DNA of 64,000 nt from Lachnospiraceae bacterium. Lineage in GTDB: Bacteria; Bacillota; Clostridia; Lachnospirales; Lachnospiraceae. Both the position numbers and the translations under genes were made by a program. How positions within the stretch are numbered: the first letter of the stretch is position 1; each line of letters starts with the position of its first letter. Of the stretch, positions 28,037 to 37,259 are shown piece after piece. The notes beneath the pieces were generated by a model. The model searched no databases. It was not told where the DNA came from and worked only from the letters and a program-made list of their open reading frames with translations. The DNA lies in the NCBI GenBank assembly GCA_045119215.1, contig JBGVDD010000098.1, positions 33,632 through 97,631 on the forward strand, in the 5' to 3' direction.

Positions 28037-29182
28037 ATGAACAATTACAACAATTTAAGAGAAAGAATGATACAGTTTGGGAAGAAGTATCCGGCAACTA
28101 AGTATCTGGTGATAATGGCACTGGTTTTGGTGGTATTTTTAAGGACAGTGCGAAAAAAAGCCATCGAATTAAAAAATATAAAGTTGTGGGATGCTGCACC
28201 CATGATTACATATGAAGTAAGTCTGGATTATGATCACCCATTGAAAGAGTTAGGAATTGATGTGGGAGATGAGTACAATTTCAATGAGTCACCCCATCAT
28301 TTTATGAATGTTCGCAATGTTGAAAGAAATAGTGAACAGGCGAAAGAACAGTTCCAGACAATGAACAAGGTAGCTTTTGTACCTATGATGCTTACTGTGG
28401 TAGGTGCGGTATGTATTATTGGAATAGCAGGAGATGCCACTTCAGCTCAGGTTGTAAACGCAAGTGCGGCAGAAAGAAATTTGTTGGATGATTATAAGCA
28501 ACAGGATAAAGACACAACAAAACAACCTGTTCAGGTAAAGCGGGAACAAACAATTGTTGCAGCTACACCGGAAGTGCCGGAAATTGTTAACAGCGAATTG
28601 CCCTGGTATCTGTGTTTAGTGAATGATGATTATGAAGTACCAAAAGATTGCAAGCCAGAGTTAGAGAGTGTGGAAGGAAAACAGGTGGATGAACGAATTG
28701 CTGACAGCCTAAAGGAAATGTTGTCAGAGGCCAGAAAAGCAGGAATGAGCTGTAGAATCTGCTCTGCATTCCGCACTCCGGAAAAACAGAAGAGTCTGGT
28801 AGATGCTGATGTAAAAAAGTATAAAGCAAGAGGATATGATGATGCCAAGGCTTTAGAAATGACTTATCTTGGTGTGGCACCGGTAAATCACAGTGAGCAT
28901 CAGACAGGTTTGGCAGTAGATATTATCAGTACATCTCATCCGGTGCTGGATGCGGCTCATGCAGATACCAAAGAAGCCAAATGGTTAAAAGAGCATTGTA
29001 TGGAGTATGGATTTATTGTAAGATATACAGAAGAAAAGATGGAGATTACCCACCGAAAAGCAGAAAGCTGGCATTTTAGATATGTGGGTGTGAGTGCAGC
29101 CAGATACATAATGGAAAACAATCTGAGCCTGGAAGAATACATTGAAATGTATGTCAGTGATGAGATTGAAACAGAAGAATAG
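28037..29182 (+). CDS. membrane-anchored D-alanyl-D-alanine carboxypeptidase family (VanY/M15B-like)
   Basis: SAFRTPEKQ, HSEHQTGLAVDI and WHFRYVG zinc-peptidase motifs, with an N-terminal TM. Confidence 0.8.
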   Translation: MNNYNNLRERMIQFGKKYPATKYLVIMALVLVVFLRTVRKKAIELKNIKLWDAAPMITYEVSLDYDHPLKELGIDVGDEYNFNESPHHFMNVRNVERNSEQAKEQFQTMNKVAFVPMMLTVVGAVCIIGIAGDATSAQVVNASAAERNLLDDYKQQDKDTTKQPVQVKREQTIVAATPEVPEIVNSELPWYLCLVNDDYEVPKDCKPELESVEGKQVDERIADSLKEMLSEARKAGMSCRICSAFRTPEKQKSLVDADVKKYKARGYDDAKALEMTYLGVAPVNHSEHQTGLAVDIISTSHPVLDAAHADTKEAKWLKEHCMEYGFIVRYTEEKMEITHRKAESWHFRYVGVSAARYIMENNLSLEEYIEMYVSDEIETEE

Positions 29183-29264
29183 GGTATATTAACCTATAGT
29201 TTGTCCCGGATGGGGAACAGATGACAAGTTTAATATAAATAAAAAACAATGGAGGTATTGTAGT

Positions 29265-30500
29265 ATGTATTCATTAGACGAAGTAAAAGCAGTAGATATG
29301 GAAATTGCAAAAGCAATTGAAGACGAGCAGGCGAGACAGAATAGTCATATTGAGCTGATTGCGTCGGAAAACTGGGTAAGTAAGGCTGTTATGGCAGCAA
29401 TGGGAAGTCCTCTTACCAACAAGTACGCAGAAGGTTATCCTGGAAAGCGTTATTATGGTGGTTGTGACTGTGTTGATGTGGTAGAAAACCTGGCTATTGA
29501 GCGCGCATGTAAATTATTTGGATGCGACTACGCAAATGTACAGCCTCATTCAGGAGCACAGGCAAATTTAGCAGTGTTCTTTGCTATGTTAAATCCTGGT
29601 GATACAGTTATGGGAATGAACCTTGACCATGGCGGACATTTAACTCATGGAAGCCCTGTAAATATCTCAGGAAAATACTTTAAGATTGTTCCTTATGGAG
29701 TAAACGATGAAGGATTTATTGATTATGACAAATTAAGAGAGATTGCGTTAGAAGCTAAGCCAAAGTTGATTGTAGCAGGGGCAAGTGCTTATGCAAGAAC
29801 GATTGATTTTAAGAAGTTTAGAGAGGTAGCGGACGAAGTAGGGGCTTATTTAATGGTAGATATGGCTCATATCGCCGGCTTAGTAGCAGCAGGTCTGCAT
29901 CCATCACCAATTCCATATGCAGATGTGGTGACCACTACTACCCACAAGACCCTGAGGGGACCAAGAGGTGGTTTGATTCTGGCCAACAAAGAAGCCGCAG
30001 AAAAATTCAACTTTAATAAAGCAGTATTCCCAGGAATCCAGGGTGGCCCACTGATGCATGTGATTGCAGGTAAGGCAGTCTGCTTTGAAGAAGCGTTGCA
30101 GCCTTCTTTCAAGGAATATCAGCAGCAGATTGCAAAAAATGCCCAGGCACTTTGCAAGGGATTGCAGTCTAGAGGAATCAAGATTGTATCTGATGGAACA
30201 GACAATCATCTTATGTTAGTTGACTTGACACCATTTGATTTGACAGGAAAAGAAATCGAAAAATTATTGGATTCCGTTAATATTACATGTAACAAGAATA
30301 CCATACCAAACGATCCAAAATCTCCATTTGTGACCAGCGGTATCCGCCTGGGCTCTCCAGCAGTTACTTCACGTGGATTCAAGGAAGAAGATATGGATGT
30401 GGTAGCTGAGGCTATTGCCCTTATGATTAAAGATGCAAACAATGCAGAAAAAGCAAGAGCATTGGTAAAATCTCTTACAGATAAGTACCCATTAGTATAA
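29265..30500 (+). CDS. glyA: serine hydroxymethyltransferase
   Basis: Full-length SHMT pattern including [14 protein letters not shown] (the PLP lysine). Confidence 0.95.
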   Translation: MYSLDEVKAVDMEIAKAIEDEQARQNSHIELIASENWVSKAVMAAMGSPLTNKYAEGYPGKRYYGGCDCVDVVENLAIERACKLFGCDYANVQPHSGAQANLAVFFAMLNPGDTVMGMNLDHGGHLTHGSPVNISGKYFKIVPYGVNDEGFIDYDKLREIALEAKPKLIVAGASAYARTIDFKKFREVADEVGAYLMVDMAHIAGLVAAGLHPSPIPYADVVTTTTHKTLRGPRGGLILANKEAAEKFNFNKAVFPGIQGGPLMHVIAGKAVCFEEALQPSFKEYQQQIAKNAQALCKGLQSRGIKIVSDGTDNHLMLVDLTPFDLTGKEIEKLLDSVNITCNKNTIPNDPKSPFVTSGIRLGSPAVTSRGFKEEDMDVVAEAIALMIKDANNAEKARALVKSLTDKYPLV

Positions 30501-30521
30501 TGATTTTGGGATTATAATTAG

Positions 30522-30549
30522 AAAAAGGCAGGGGTTCCTGCCTTTTTTG
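30522..30549 (+). terminator. glyA intrinsic terminator
   Basis: ggcagg (30527-30532), loop ggtt, cctgcc (30537-30542), then T6. Confidence 0.8.
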
Positions 30550-30560
30550 ATTACATCAAT

Positions 30561-30590
30561 ATGTTACATGTAAATATGTTACATGTAAAT
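30561..30590. repeat. two tandem 15-bp units, each containing the perfect palindrome TTACATGTAA
   Basis: atgttacatgtaaat occurs at 30561-30575 and again at 30576-30590, followed by the partial unit atgg. Confidence 0.9.
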
Positions 30591-30909
30591 ATGGTCTATA
30601 AAAGAGGAGTGCCCCAAAACCTTTCGGTCTTGAGGCGATTATGAAAAAATTTATCTATGTGTGTAATGAAACACTACTGCAACTCATCTCTAAGTCTTGT
30701 TCAGTATATCAATAAGATATGAATAAATTATGAACGATAAGTGACAATGCTGTAAATATAAACAAAACATTTATGAAGATGATTTGAAATTATACTATTA
30801 TGCACAAAGGAAATATCCTATTTTTTTGGTTGACGAAAAAGAAAAAATATGTAAAACTAGAGTTATAATTTTGAAAAGAAATAAAAAAGAAAGCAAAGGA
30901 AGGAAAATT

Positions 30910-32556
30910 ATGTCGACAAATCAGAAAACCTATGTTGTAGGACACAAGAATCCGGATACCGATTCTATTTGTTCTGCAATTTGTTATGCAGAATTAAAAA
31001 GAAGAATTACAGGAGAAAATTATCAGGCTAGACGTGCTGGAAATGTAAATGAGGAAACACAGTATGTGTTGGATTATTTTAAGGTGGATGCCCCTGAAAT
31101 GTTAGAAAATGTATATACACAGGTGTCAGACATCCAGATTATGAAATTAAACGGTGTGGCTGCCAATATTTCTATGAAAAAGGCATATACTCTGATGAAG
31201 AGTGAGAGTGTTACCACACTTCCTGTTACAGATTCCAATGGGTTATTACAAGGAATCATCACCATGGGTGATATTGCAAAATCCTATATGGCAGTTTATG
31301 ATAACAATACCTTATCTGAAGCACGTACCCAGTACAGAAATATTATTGATACTATTGATGGAAAAATGTTAGCTGGAAATGAACATGCATACTTTATGAA
31401 TGGTAAGGTTGTAGTAGCCCTGGCAACATCTGATATTTTAAGTTCTCATATCAGAGAAGATGATTTGGTGATTGTGGAAGACAATATTCAGGCAATGGAG
31501 TGTGCATTAGAACAGCATGCAAGCTGTATTATAGTTTGTGAAGGTGCACAGGTTCCGGAAAATGTGATTGAGAGAGCGGAAAAACACAGCTGTGTCATTA
31601 TATCTACCTCCCATGACACATTTACCGTAGCAAGATTGGTAAATCAGAGTGTTCCAATCAATCGTTTTATGAAGAAGGATGATATGGTATCCTTTAGCTT
31701 AGATGAATCTATTGCTGATGTAAAGGCTGCCATCAATAAATCCAGACATAGAGATTTTCCTGTAATTGATGAGAATGGAAAATATGTTGGTATGATTAAC
31801 CGTGCAAGTTTATTAAAGGCAGATCACAAGAAGGTAATCTTAGTGGACCACAATGAGACAACCCAGGCAGTGGATGGTTTAAAAGATGCTGAAATTATGG
31901 AGATTATAGATCATCACAAAATCGGAGATATAGCAACGGATGCACCGATTTATTTTAGAAACCAGCCAGTGGGATGTAGTGCAACCATCGTATATCAGAT
32001 GTATAAGGAAAATGAACAGATGGTAACAAAGGAAATTGCCGGTATGTTGGCATCGGCTATTATTTCAGATACTTTAATGTTCCGTTCTCCAACCTGTACA
32101 CCGATGGATAAGAGCAGCTGTCTGGAATTGGCTGAAATTGCAGGAATTAATGTAGAAGAATACGCTATGGCAATGTTTAAGGCAGGAAGTAACTTATCTG
32201 GTAAGACACCAGAGGAAATCTTCTTCCAGGATTTCAAAAAGTTTAATGCAGGTAATGTAAGCTTTGGCGTAGGACAGATCAGTTCCATGGCCAGTGATGA
32301 ATTGTTTGAGATTGCAGATCGTTTAAGACCTTATATGGAACAGGCAAGAGAAGAACAGGGTGTGGATATGATTTTCTTCATGTTGACAGATATTTTAGAA
32401 GAGTCTACCAACCTTATCTACTCCGGAGAGAATGCAGCGTCCTTAGTGGAAAAGGCATACCATGTACCATGTGAAGAGGGAGATTACTACAAACTTGCCG
32501 GTGTAGTATCTAGAAAGAAACAGATTATTCCTTCTTTCATGTCTGTATTGCAGTAA
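30910..32556 (+). CDS. ppaC: family II inorganic pyrophosphatase with CBS/DRTGG regulatory insert
   Basis: The ATG at 30910 follows AAGGAAGGA. VVGHKNPDTDSICS (DHH motif I), a CBS pair, VDHNE, DHHK, and a DHHA2 C-terminus. The ORF-track extension back to 30784 lacks protein-like sequence. Confidence 0.85.
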   Translation: MSTNQKTYVVGHKNPDTDSICSAICYAELKRRITGENYQARRAGNVNEETQYVLDYFKVDAPEMLENVYTQVSDIQIMKLNGVAANISMKKAYTLMKSESVTTLPVTDSNGLLQGIITMGDIAKSYMAVYDNNTLSEARTQYRNIIDTIDGKMLAGNEHAYFMNGKVVVALATSDILSSHIREDDLVIVEDNIQAMECALEQHASCIIVCEGAQVPENVIERAEKHSCVIISTSHDTFTVARLVNQSVPINRFMKKDDMVSFSLDESIADVKAAINKSRHRDFPVIDENGKYVGMINRASLLKADHKKVILVDHNETTQAVDGLKDAEIMEIIDHHKIGDIATDAPIYFRNQPVGCSATIVYQMYKENEQMVTKEIAGMLASAIISDTLMFRSPTCTPMDKSSCLELAEIAGINVEEYAMAMFKAGSNLSGKTPEEIFFQDFKKFNAGNVSFGVGQISSMASDELFEIADRLRPYMEQAREEQGVDMIFFMLTDILEESTNLIYSGENAASLVEKAYHVPCEEGDYYKLAGVVSRKKQIIPSFMSVLQ

Positions 32557-32557
32557 G

Positions 32558-33175
32558 ATGAAGCAGGAGTGGAAACCGGGAAATATGCTTTATCCCTTGC
32601 CGGCAGTAATGGTAAGCGTAGCTGACCGGGAGGGGAGAGACAATATTATTACGGTAGCCTGGGCAGGGACCATCTGTACCAATCCGCCAATGCTGTCTAT
32701 TTCTGTACGACCGGAAAGATATTCCTACCATATGTTGAAAGAGACTATGGAATTTGTTGTAAATCTTACCACAGAGCAGTTGTGTTATGCCACAGATTAC
32801 TGTGGGGTTCGTTCTGGAAAAGAGGTGGACAAATTTAAGGAAATGAAGCTTACAAGGCAGAAGGCAAGCAAGGTGAAGGTACCCATGATTAAAGAAAGTC
32901 CGGTAAACATTGAGTGCCGGGTTCGTAAGATTGAGGAGCTGGGAAGCCATCATATGTTTATTGCCGATGTGGTGGCAGTTCATGCAGATGAAGCTTATTT
33001 AGATGAAAATAATAGATTTGATTTGTCTTTAGCAAAGCCTTTGGTGTATTCCCATGGAGAATATTATTCTATGGGAAAAAAGCTGGGAAAGTTTGGATAT
33101 AGTGTGTGCAAGAAGAATAAAGCTACAAGAAATATCCAAAAGAAGAACAAAAATACCCAAAGTCGAAGAAAGTAA
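32558..33175 (+). CDS. flavin reductase-like (FMN-binding split-barrel) protein with basic C-terminal tail
   Basis: LYPLPAVMVS..NIITVAWAG is typical of flavin reductase-like domains. The last ~30 aa are Lys/Arg/Asn-rich. Confidence 0.75.
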   Translation: MKQEWKPGNMLYPLPAVMVSVADREGRDNIITVAWAGTICTNPPMLSISVRPERYSYHMLKETMEFVVNLTTEQLCYATDYCGVRSGKEVDKFKEMKLTRQKASKVKVPMIKESPVNIECRVRKIEELGSHHMFIADVVAVHADEAYLDENNRFDLSLAKPLVYSHGEYYSMGKKLGKFGYSVCKKNKATRNIQKKNKNTQSRRK

Positions 33176-33228
33176 ATACAAAAATCAGGGAAAATAGAAT
33201 CAAAAAATAGAATAAGAAAAAGTAAAAA

Positions 33229-33266
33229 GGATATGCAAAGTGAAAACACTTGCATATCTTTTTTGT
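33229..33266 (+). terminator. intrinsic terminator
   Basis: ggatatgcaaagtg / cacttgcatatct (one bulge), loop aaaa, then TTTTTGTTTTT. Confidence 0.7.
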
Positions 33267-33302
33267 TTTTGGGAATTATTAAGACGGAAGGGATGTGGAT
33301 GG

Positions 33303-33929
33303 ATGGAGGATAGTATTTATTTAAAACTAAACCGAGATATAAAAACGAAAGAGGAGAGAATTAACATAGGAAAGTTAGCCAGTATCACAGGAAGTAATCA
33401 TGAGGTATTGGCAAAAGTGAAAAGTCTCACAGTCTGTTATTTGCAGCCCAAAATACAAAAGAGAGAAATCATTTCTGTTGCCAAAGTGATAGAAGTAATG
33501 CTAAAGGAATACCCTAAATTACAGGTACAATCCATTGGTGAGATGGAATGTATTGTGGAGTACATTGGGGACAAGAAGAAAAGTAAAGTGATAGATGTAC
33601 TAAAAATTGCTTTTGTGTCTGCCATAGCTTTTTTTGGAGCAGGCTTTGCCATTATGACCTTTAACGAGGACGTATCTGTGGGGAAGGTTTTTGAAAAGAT
33701 TCATTTTCTGGTGTATCAGGTTCCCAAGGAGGGCTATGGAATATTGGAATTTACCTATTCTCTTGGTCTGGCAGCGGGAATTATTATTTTCTATAATCAT
33801 ATTGGCAAAAGAAATATAACCAAGGACCCTACACCCATTGAGGTACAAATGAGGGTGTATGAGAAGGATGTGAATAATGCATTGGTAGAAACTGCCCAGA
33901 GAAAAGGAGAACTTCATGATGTGGATTAG
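33303..33929 (+). CDS. spoVAA: stage V sporulation protein AA
   Basis: The ORF opens with GTG at 33240 inside the upstream terminator, so the ATG at 33303 is preferred. The soluble N-domain plus two TM helices, and the position upstream of spoVAB, match SpoVAA. Confidence 0.7.
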   Translation: MEDSIYLKLNRDIKTKEERINIGKLASITGSNHEVLAKVKSLTVCYLQPKIQKREIISVAKVIEVMLKEYPKLQVQSIGEMECIVEYIGDKKKSKVIDVLKIAFVSAIAFFGAGFAIMTFNEDVSVGKVFEKIHFLVYQVPKEGYGILEFTYSLGLAAGIIIFYNHIGKRNITKDPTPIEVQMRVYEKDVNNALVETAQRKGELHDVD

Positions 33930-34332
33930 GCATTTGCTCATGATTATTATTGGACTGAGTGCCGGACTAATTGTGGCAGGAGGGATGTTTACTGCCCTGT
34001 TTACCGTAGGATTACTTCCTAGATTTGCTGGAAAGACAAGAACGTCAACCCATGTAAAAATCTATGAAAATGCTGTGATTTTGGGAAGTATCTGGTGGAA
34101 CCTTGTGAGCGTTTACGAAATTTCCCTTCCCTTTGGCGGGCTACTTACCGGACTGTTTGGATTTTTTGCCGGAATCTTTGTGGGCTGTCTTGCACTTGCC
34201 ATTGCGGAAATGTTAAATGGAATTCCTATCTTTGCAAGAAGAATTAATTTTCGTCGGGGGTTGGGAATTGTAGTGTTCTTTCTGGCTGTGGGAAAGGCTG
34301 TGGGGAATACAATTTATTTTTGGAATCGATAG
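33916..34332 (+). CDS. spoVAB: stage V sporulation protein AB
   Basis: RBS AGGAG. Overlaps the spoVAA end. A 138-aa four-TM protein (IIGLSAGLIVAGGMFT.. LLPRFAGKTRT). Confidence 0.8.
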   Translation: MMWIRHLLMIIIGLSAGLIVAGGMFTALFTVGLLPRFAGKTRTSTHVKIYENAVILGSIWWNLVSVYEISLPFGGLLTGLFGFFAGIFVGCLALAIAEMLNGIPIFARRINFRRGLGIVVFFLAVGKAVGNTIYFWNR

Positions 34333-34369
34333 ATAATATATTAAGAAATGGGAAAGAAGGTTTAATGTT

Positions 34370-34819
34370 ATGAATCAGAAACAAAAAGAAGCCTACAATG
34401 AATATGTGGAACAGATTACACCGAAGCCAGAACTGGGAGTTCATATGTTAAAGGCATTTATTACAGGAGGATTAATTTGTACCTTTGGACAGGTGATTTT
34501 GAATGTGTGTGAAAATCTTGGACTGGATAAAGATACTTCGGGCTGTTGGAGCTCCTTGATTTTAGTGTTGTGTAGCGTGATTTTGACCGGATTCAATCTT
34601 TTTGTAAAGATAGCTGATTTTGGTGGAGCAGGGGCATTGGTACCTATCACGGGCTTTGCCAACTCTGTGGCAGCTCCAGCCATAGAATTTCAGGCAGAAG
34701 GGGATGTGTTTGGAGTTGGATGCAGAATCTTTCAGATTGCAGGTCCTGTGATTTTATATGGAATTTTTACCAGCAGTATTTTAGGAGTGGTATATTGGCT
34801 GCTAACCCTGGGAGCATGA
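34370..34819 (+). CDS. spoVAC: stage V sporulation protein AC
   Basis: YVEQITPKP..KAFITGGLICTFGQ..FGGAGALVPITGFANSV closely follows the SpoVAC pattern. Confidence 0.9.
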   Translation: MNQKQKEAYNEYVEQITPKPELGVHMLKAFITGGLICTFGQVILNVCENLGLDKDTSGCWSSLILVLCSVILTGFNLFVKIADFGGAGALVPITGFANSVAAPAIEFQAEGDVFGVGCRIFQIAGPVILYGIFTSSILGVVYWLLTLGA

Positions 34820-34938
34820 TTCCTTTGTGGTACAGGGAACCCGGTTCGCGGAACCATACTACCATTGTAAATATGCAGATTTTATGGTAAAATGAAGAAG
34901 TTTAGAAATTATAGAATATAAATACAGTGGAGAGAATT

Positions 34939-36858
34939 ATGTTATATCAGATATGCAATGGAGCGGTACAGTTTGCTGATGAAGTGATACTGGAGCATAT
35001 AAATTTTGAAATAAGAAATACAGAAAAGATTGCTGTGGTGGGAAGAAATGGCTGTGGAAAAACCACATTGCTTAAGTTAATTTCCGGTCAGATTGGTCTT
35101 ACTAAAAGGGACAGCGATGAGGATATCTTCATCGCTAAGGCCGGGAACCCGGAGATTGGTTATTTAAAGCAGATTGCATTTGATGATCCGGAACTTTCTA
35201 TGGAGAAGGAAATTCGAAAGGTTTTTGCTCCCATAGAAAAAATGAAGGCTGATTTGGAACTGATGGCAAAAGAGTTAGAAACGGATCACTCCGAGAGAAA
35301 GGTGAAGGAATTTACCAACCTACAGGAATATTTTACATCTATCGGTGGCTATTACTATGAGAAAGAATACGAGACATTGATTGTAAAATTTGGATTTTCT
35401 TCAGAAGATAAGAAAAAAGCATTAAAAGAATTTTCTGGTGGACAGCAGACAAAGATTGCGTTCATAAAATTATTGCTTAGCAAACCGGATATTCTGCTTT
35501 TGGACGAGCCTACCAACCATCTGGATGTGGAGACCATCAGGTGGTTAGAAGGATACATAAAAAATTATCCTAAGGCAGTAGTGGTAGTTTCTCATGACCG
35601 TATGTTTTTGGATAATGTGGTAGATGTAGTTTATGAAATTGAATATCATACTGCCAAACGTTATCCCGGAAACTATACAGACTTTATGAAGCGGAAGAAA
35701 GAAAACTATGACAAACAGTTAAAGGATTATACGCTTCAGCAAAAAGAAATTAAGCGCCTGGAAGAAATTATTGAAAAATTCAAAAATAAACCAACTAAGG
35801 TTGCTATGACCAGGTCGAAATTAAAAGCAATTGAACATATGGAAAAAATACAGAAGCCGGAACGTTTTGATACTAAGTCATTTCATGCCAATTTTCAGCC
35901 TACGGTCACCACAGGAAATGATGTGCTGTTTGTAAAGGATTTGGAAATTGGATATGACAAGCCACTGTCTAAGGTATCTATCGATATCAAACGGGGAGAT
36001 AAGTTGGGTATTATCGGGGGAAATGGACTGGGAAAATCAACATTTTTAAAAACTATAGTGGACAAAATTCCAGGATTATCAGGAAGTTTTACCTATGGAA
36101 CTAATGTTGAGATAGGATACTTTGAACAGCAGATGGCCATGTACCGAAGTGAAAAGAATGTGTTAGATGATTTTTGGGATGAGTTCCCAGAACTTTCCCA
36201 GACGGAAGCAAGAAATATGCTGGGGGCATTTTTGTTTCGTGGAGATGATGTTTTCAAGTCTGTAAATATGCTTTCCGGTGGAGAAAAGGTACGTTTAGCA
36301 TTGTGTAAAATATTCAAGAGAAGACCAAATGTGTTGATACTGGATGAGCCCACCAACCACATGGATATTGTGGGAAAAGAAACCCTAGAGTCTATGTTGC
36401 AGGAGTTTGAGGGAACTGTGCTGTTTGTTTCCCATGACAGATATTTTGTAAAACAGGTTTCTAACAGACTGTTGGTATTTGAAGAAGGAGAAGTAAAAGA
36501 ATATCCTTTTGGATATGATGATTATATAGAACAACAACAAAAACAGGCGGCACTGGAGACGGAGGCCACTGGTAAGGTAGAAAAATTGGGGGGGGCTGAA
36601 ACAAAAAAGCCCTATTATAATCCGGGAAAAGAAATTGCAAAGCTAGAAAGAAAACTAAAGAAAATGGAAGATACTATGGCAGAGAAGGAAGATAAGATAG
36701 AGGAATACAAGAGTCAGCTCTTAGATACCGAAATTCAGTCAGATTATGTCAAACTTGGGGAAATTCAGGATGCCATAGATGGGTTGGAAGCAGAACTTTT
36801 AGAAGATATGGAACAGTGGGAAGAATTGGCACAGCAGATTCAGGATGCGAAAGTATAG
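34939..36858 (+). CDS. ABC-F family ATPase (two ABC cassettes, no TM domain, C-terminal coiled coil)
   Basis: Two Walker A sites (GRNGCGKTT, GGNGLGKST), two signatures (FSGGQQ, LSGGEK) and two Walker B sites (LLLDEPTNHLD, LILDEPTNHMD). ATG at 34939 follows GGAGAG. Confidence 0.9.
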   Translation: MLYQICNGAVQFADEVILEHINFEIRNTEKIAVVGRNGCGKTTLLKLISGQIGLTKRDSDEDIFIAKAGNPEIGYLKQIAFDDPELSMEKEIRKVFAPIEKMKADLELMAKELETDHSERKVKEFTNLQEYFTSIGGYYYEKEYETLIVKFGFSSEDKKKALKEFSGGQQTKIAFIKLLLSKPDILLLDEPTNHLDVETIRWLEGYIKNYPKAVVVVSHDRMFLDNVVDVVYEIEYHTAKRYPGNYTDFMKRKKENYDKQLKDYTLQQKEIKRLEEIIEKFKNKPTKVAMTRSKLKAIEHMEKIQKPERFDTKSFHANFQPTVTTGNDVLFVKDLEIGYDKPLSKVSIDIKRGDKLGIIGGNGLGKSTFLKTIVDKIPGLSGSFTYGTNVEIGYFEQQMAMYRSEKNVLDDFWDEFPELSQTEARNMLGAFLFRGDDVFKSVNMLSGGEKVRLALCKIFKRRPNVLILDEPTNHMDIVGKETLESMLQEFEGTVLFVSHDRYFVKQVSNRLLVFEEGEVKEYPFGYDDYIEQQQKQAALETEATGKVEKLGGAETKKPYYNPGKEIAKLERKLKKMEDTMAEKEDKIEEYKSQLLDTEIQSDYVKLGEIQDAIDGLEAELLEDMEQWEELAQQIQDAKV

Positions 36859-36871
36859 AAGAGGGAAAAAG

Positions 36872-37246
36872 ATGGGAGAACAGGAAAAGAAATCTATTAT
36901 CATTATTGATGATGATGTAGCAATGTTAAGGTTAATGAATAAGTGTCTGGCAGGGTATCAGGTTGCTACAGCCATAAACAAGACAATAGCGTTAAAGTTT
37001 CTGGAAAAAAGGCAGGTGGATTTGATTTTACTGGATTATGAGATGCCAGAGCAAAATGGTGTGGAGTTGTTAAAAGAACTAAGACAAAAACCTGAAATGA
37101 AACAAATTCCTGTGATTTTTATGACGGGGACAGATTCAACAGATAGTATTTCACAGATGAAGTCCATGGAGCCACAAGATTTGTTAGAAAAACCAATCAC
37201 AAAAGAAAGGTTGTTGTCTACTGTAGAACGAGTGATAGGAACATAA
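36872..37246 (+). CDS. single-domain (CheY-like) response regulator
   Basis: [25 protein letters not shown], and a final KP. No output domain. Confidence 0.85.
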   Translation: MGEQEKKSIIIIDDDVAMLRLMNKCLAGYQVATAINKTIALKFLEKRQVDLILLDYEMPEQNGVELLKELRQKPEMKQIPVIFMTGTDSTDSISQMKSMEPQDLLEKPITKERLLSTVERVIGT

Positions 37247-37259
37247 TGGGGGAAAACAT

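Noticed and set aside
30641-30715. 24-codon micro-ORF with a GAGG SD in the glyA-ppaC spacer
   Set aside because: It is too short to support from sequence alone. I mention it inside a finding but do not call it as a feature.
30784-30909. N-terminal 42-codon extension of the pyrophosphatase ORF
   Set aside because: The extension (MKLYYYAQRKYPIFLVDEKE..) has no RBS. The ATG at 30910 has a strong RBS and begins the conserved DHH N-terminus.
32537-32983. 148-aa antisense ORF opposite the flavin reductase gene
   Set aside because: The + strand gene has recognisable family motifs and the antisense product has none.
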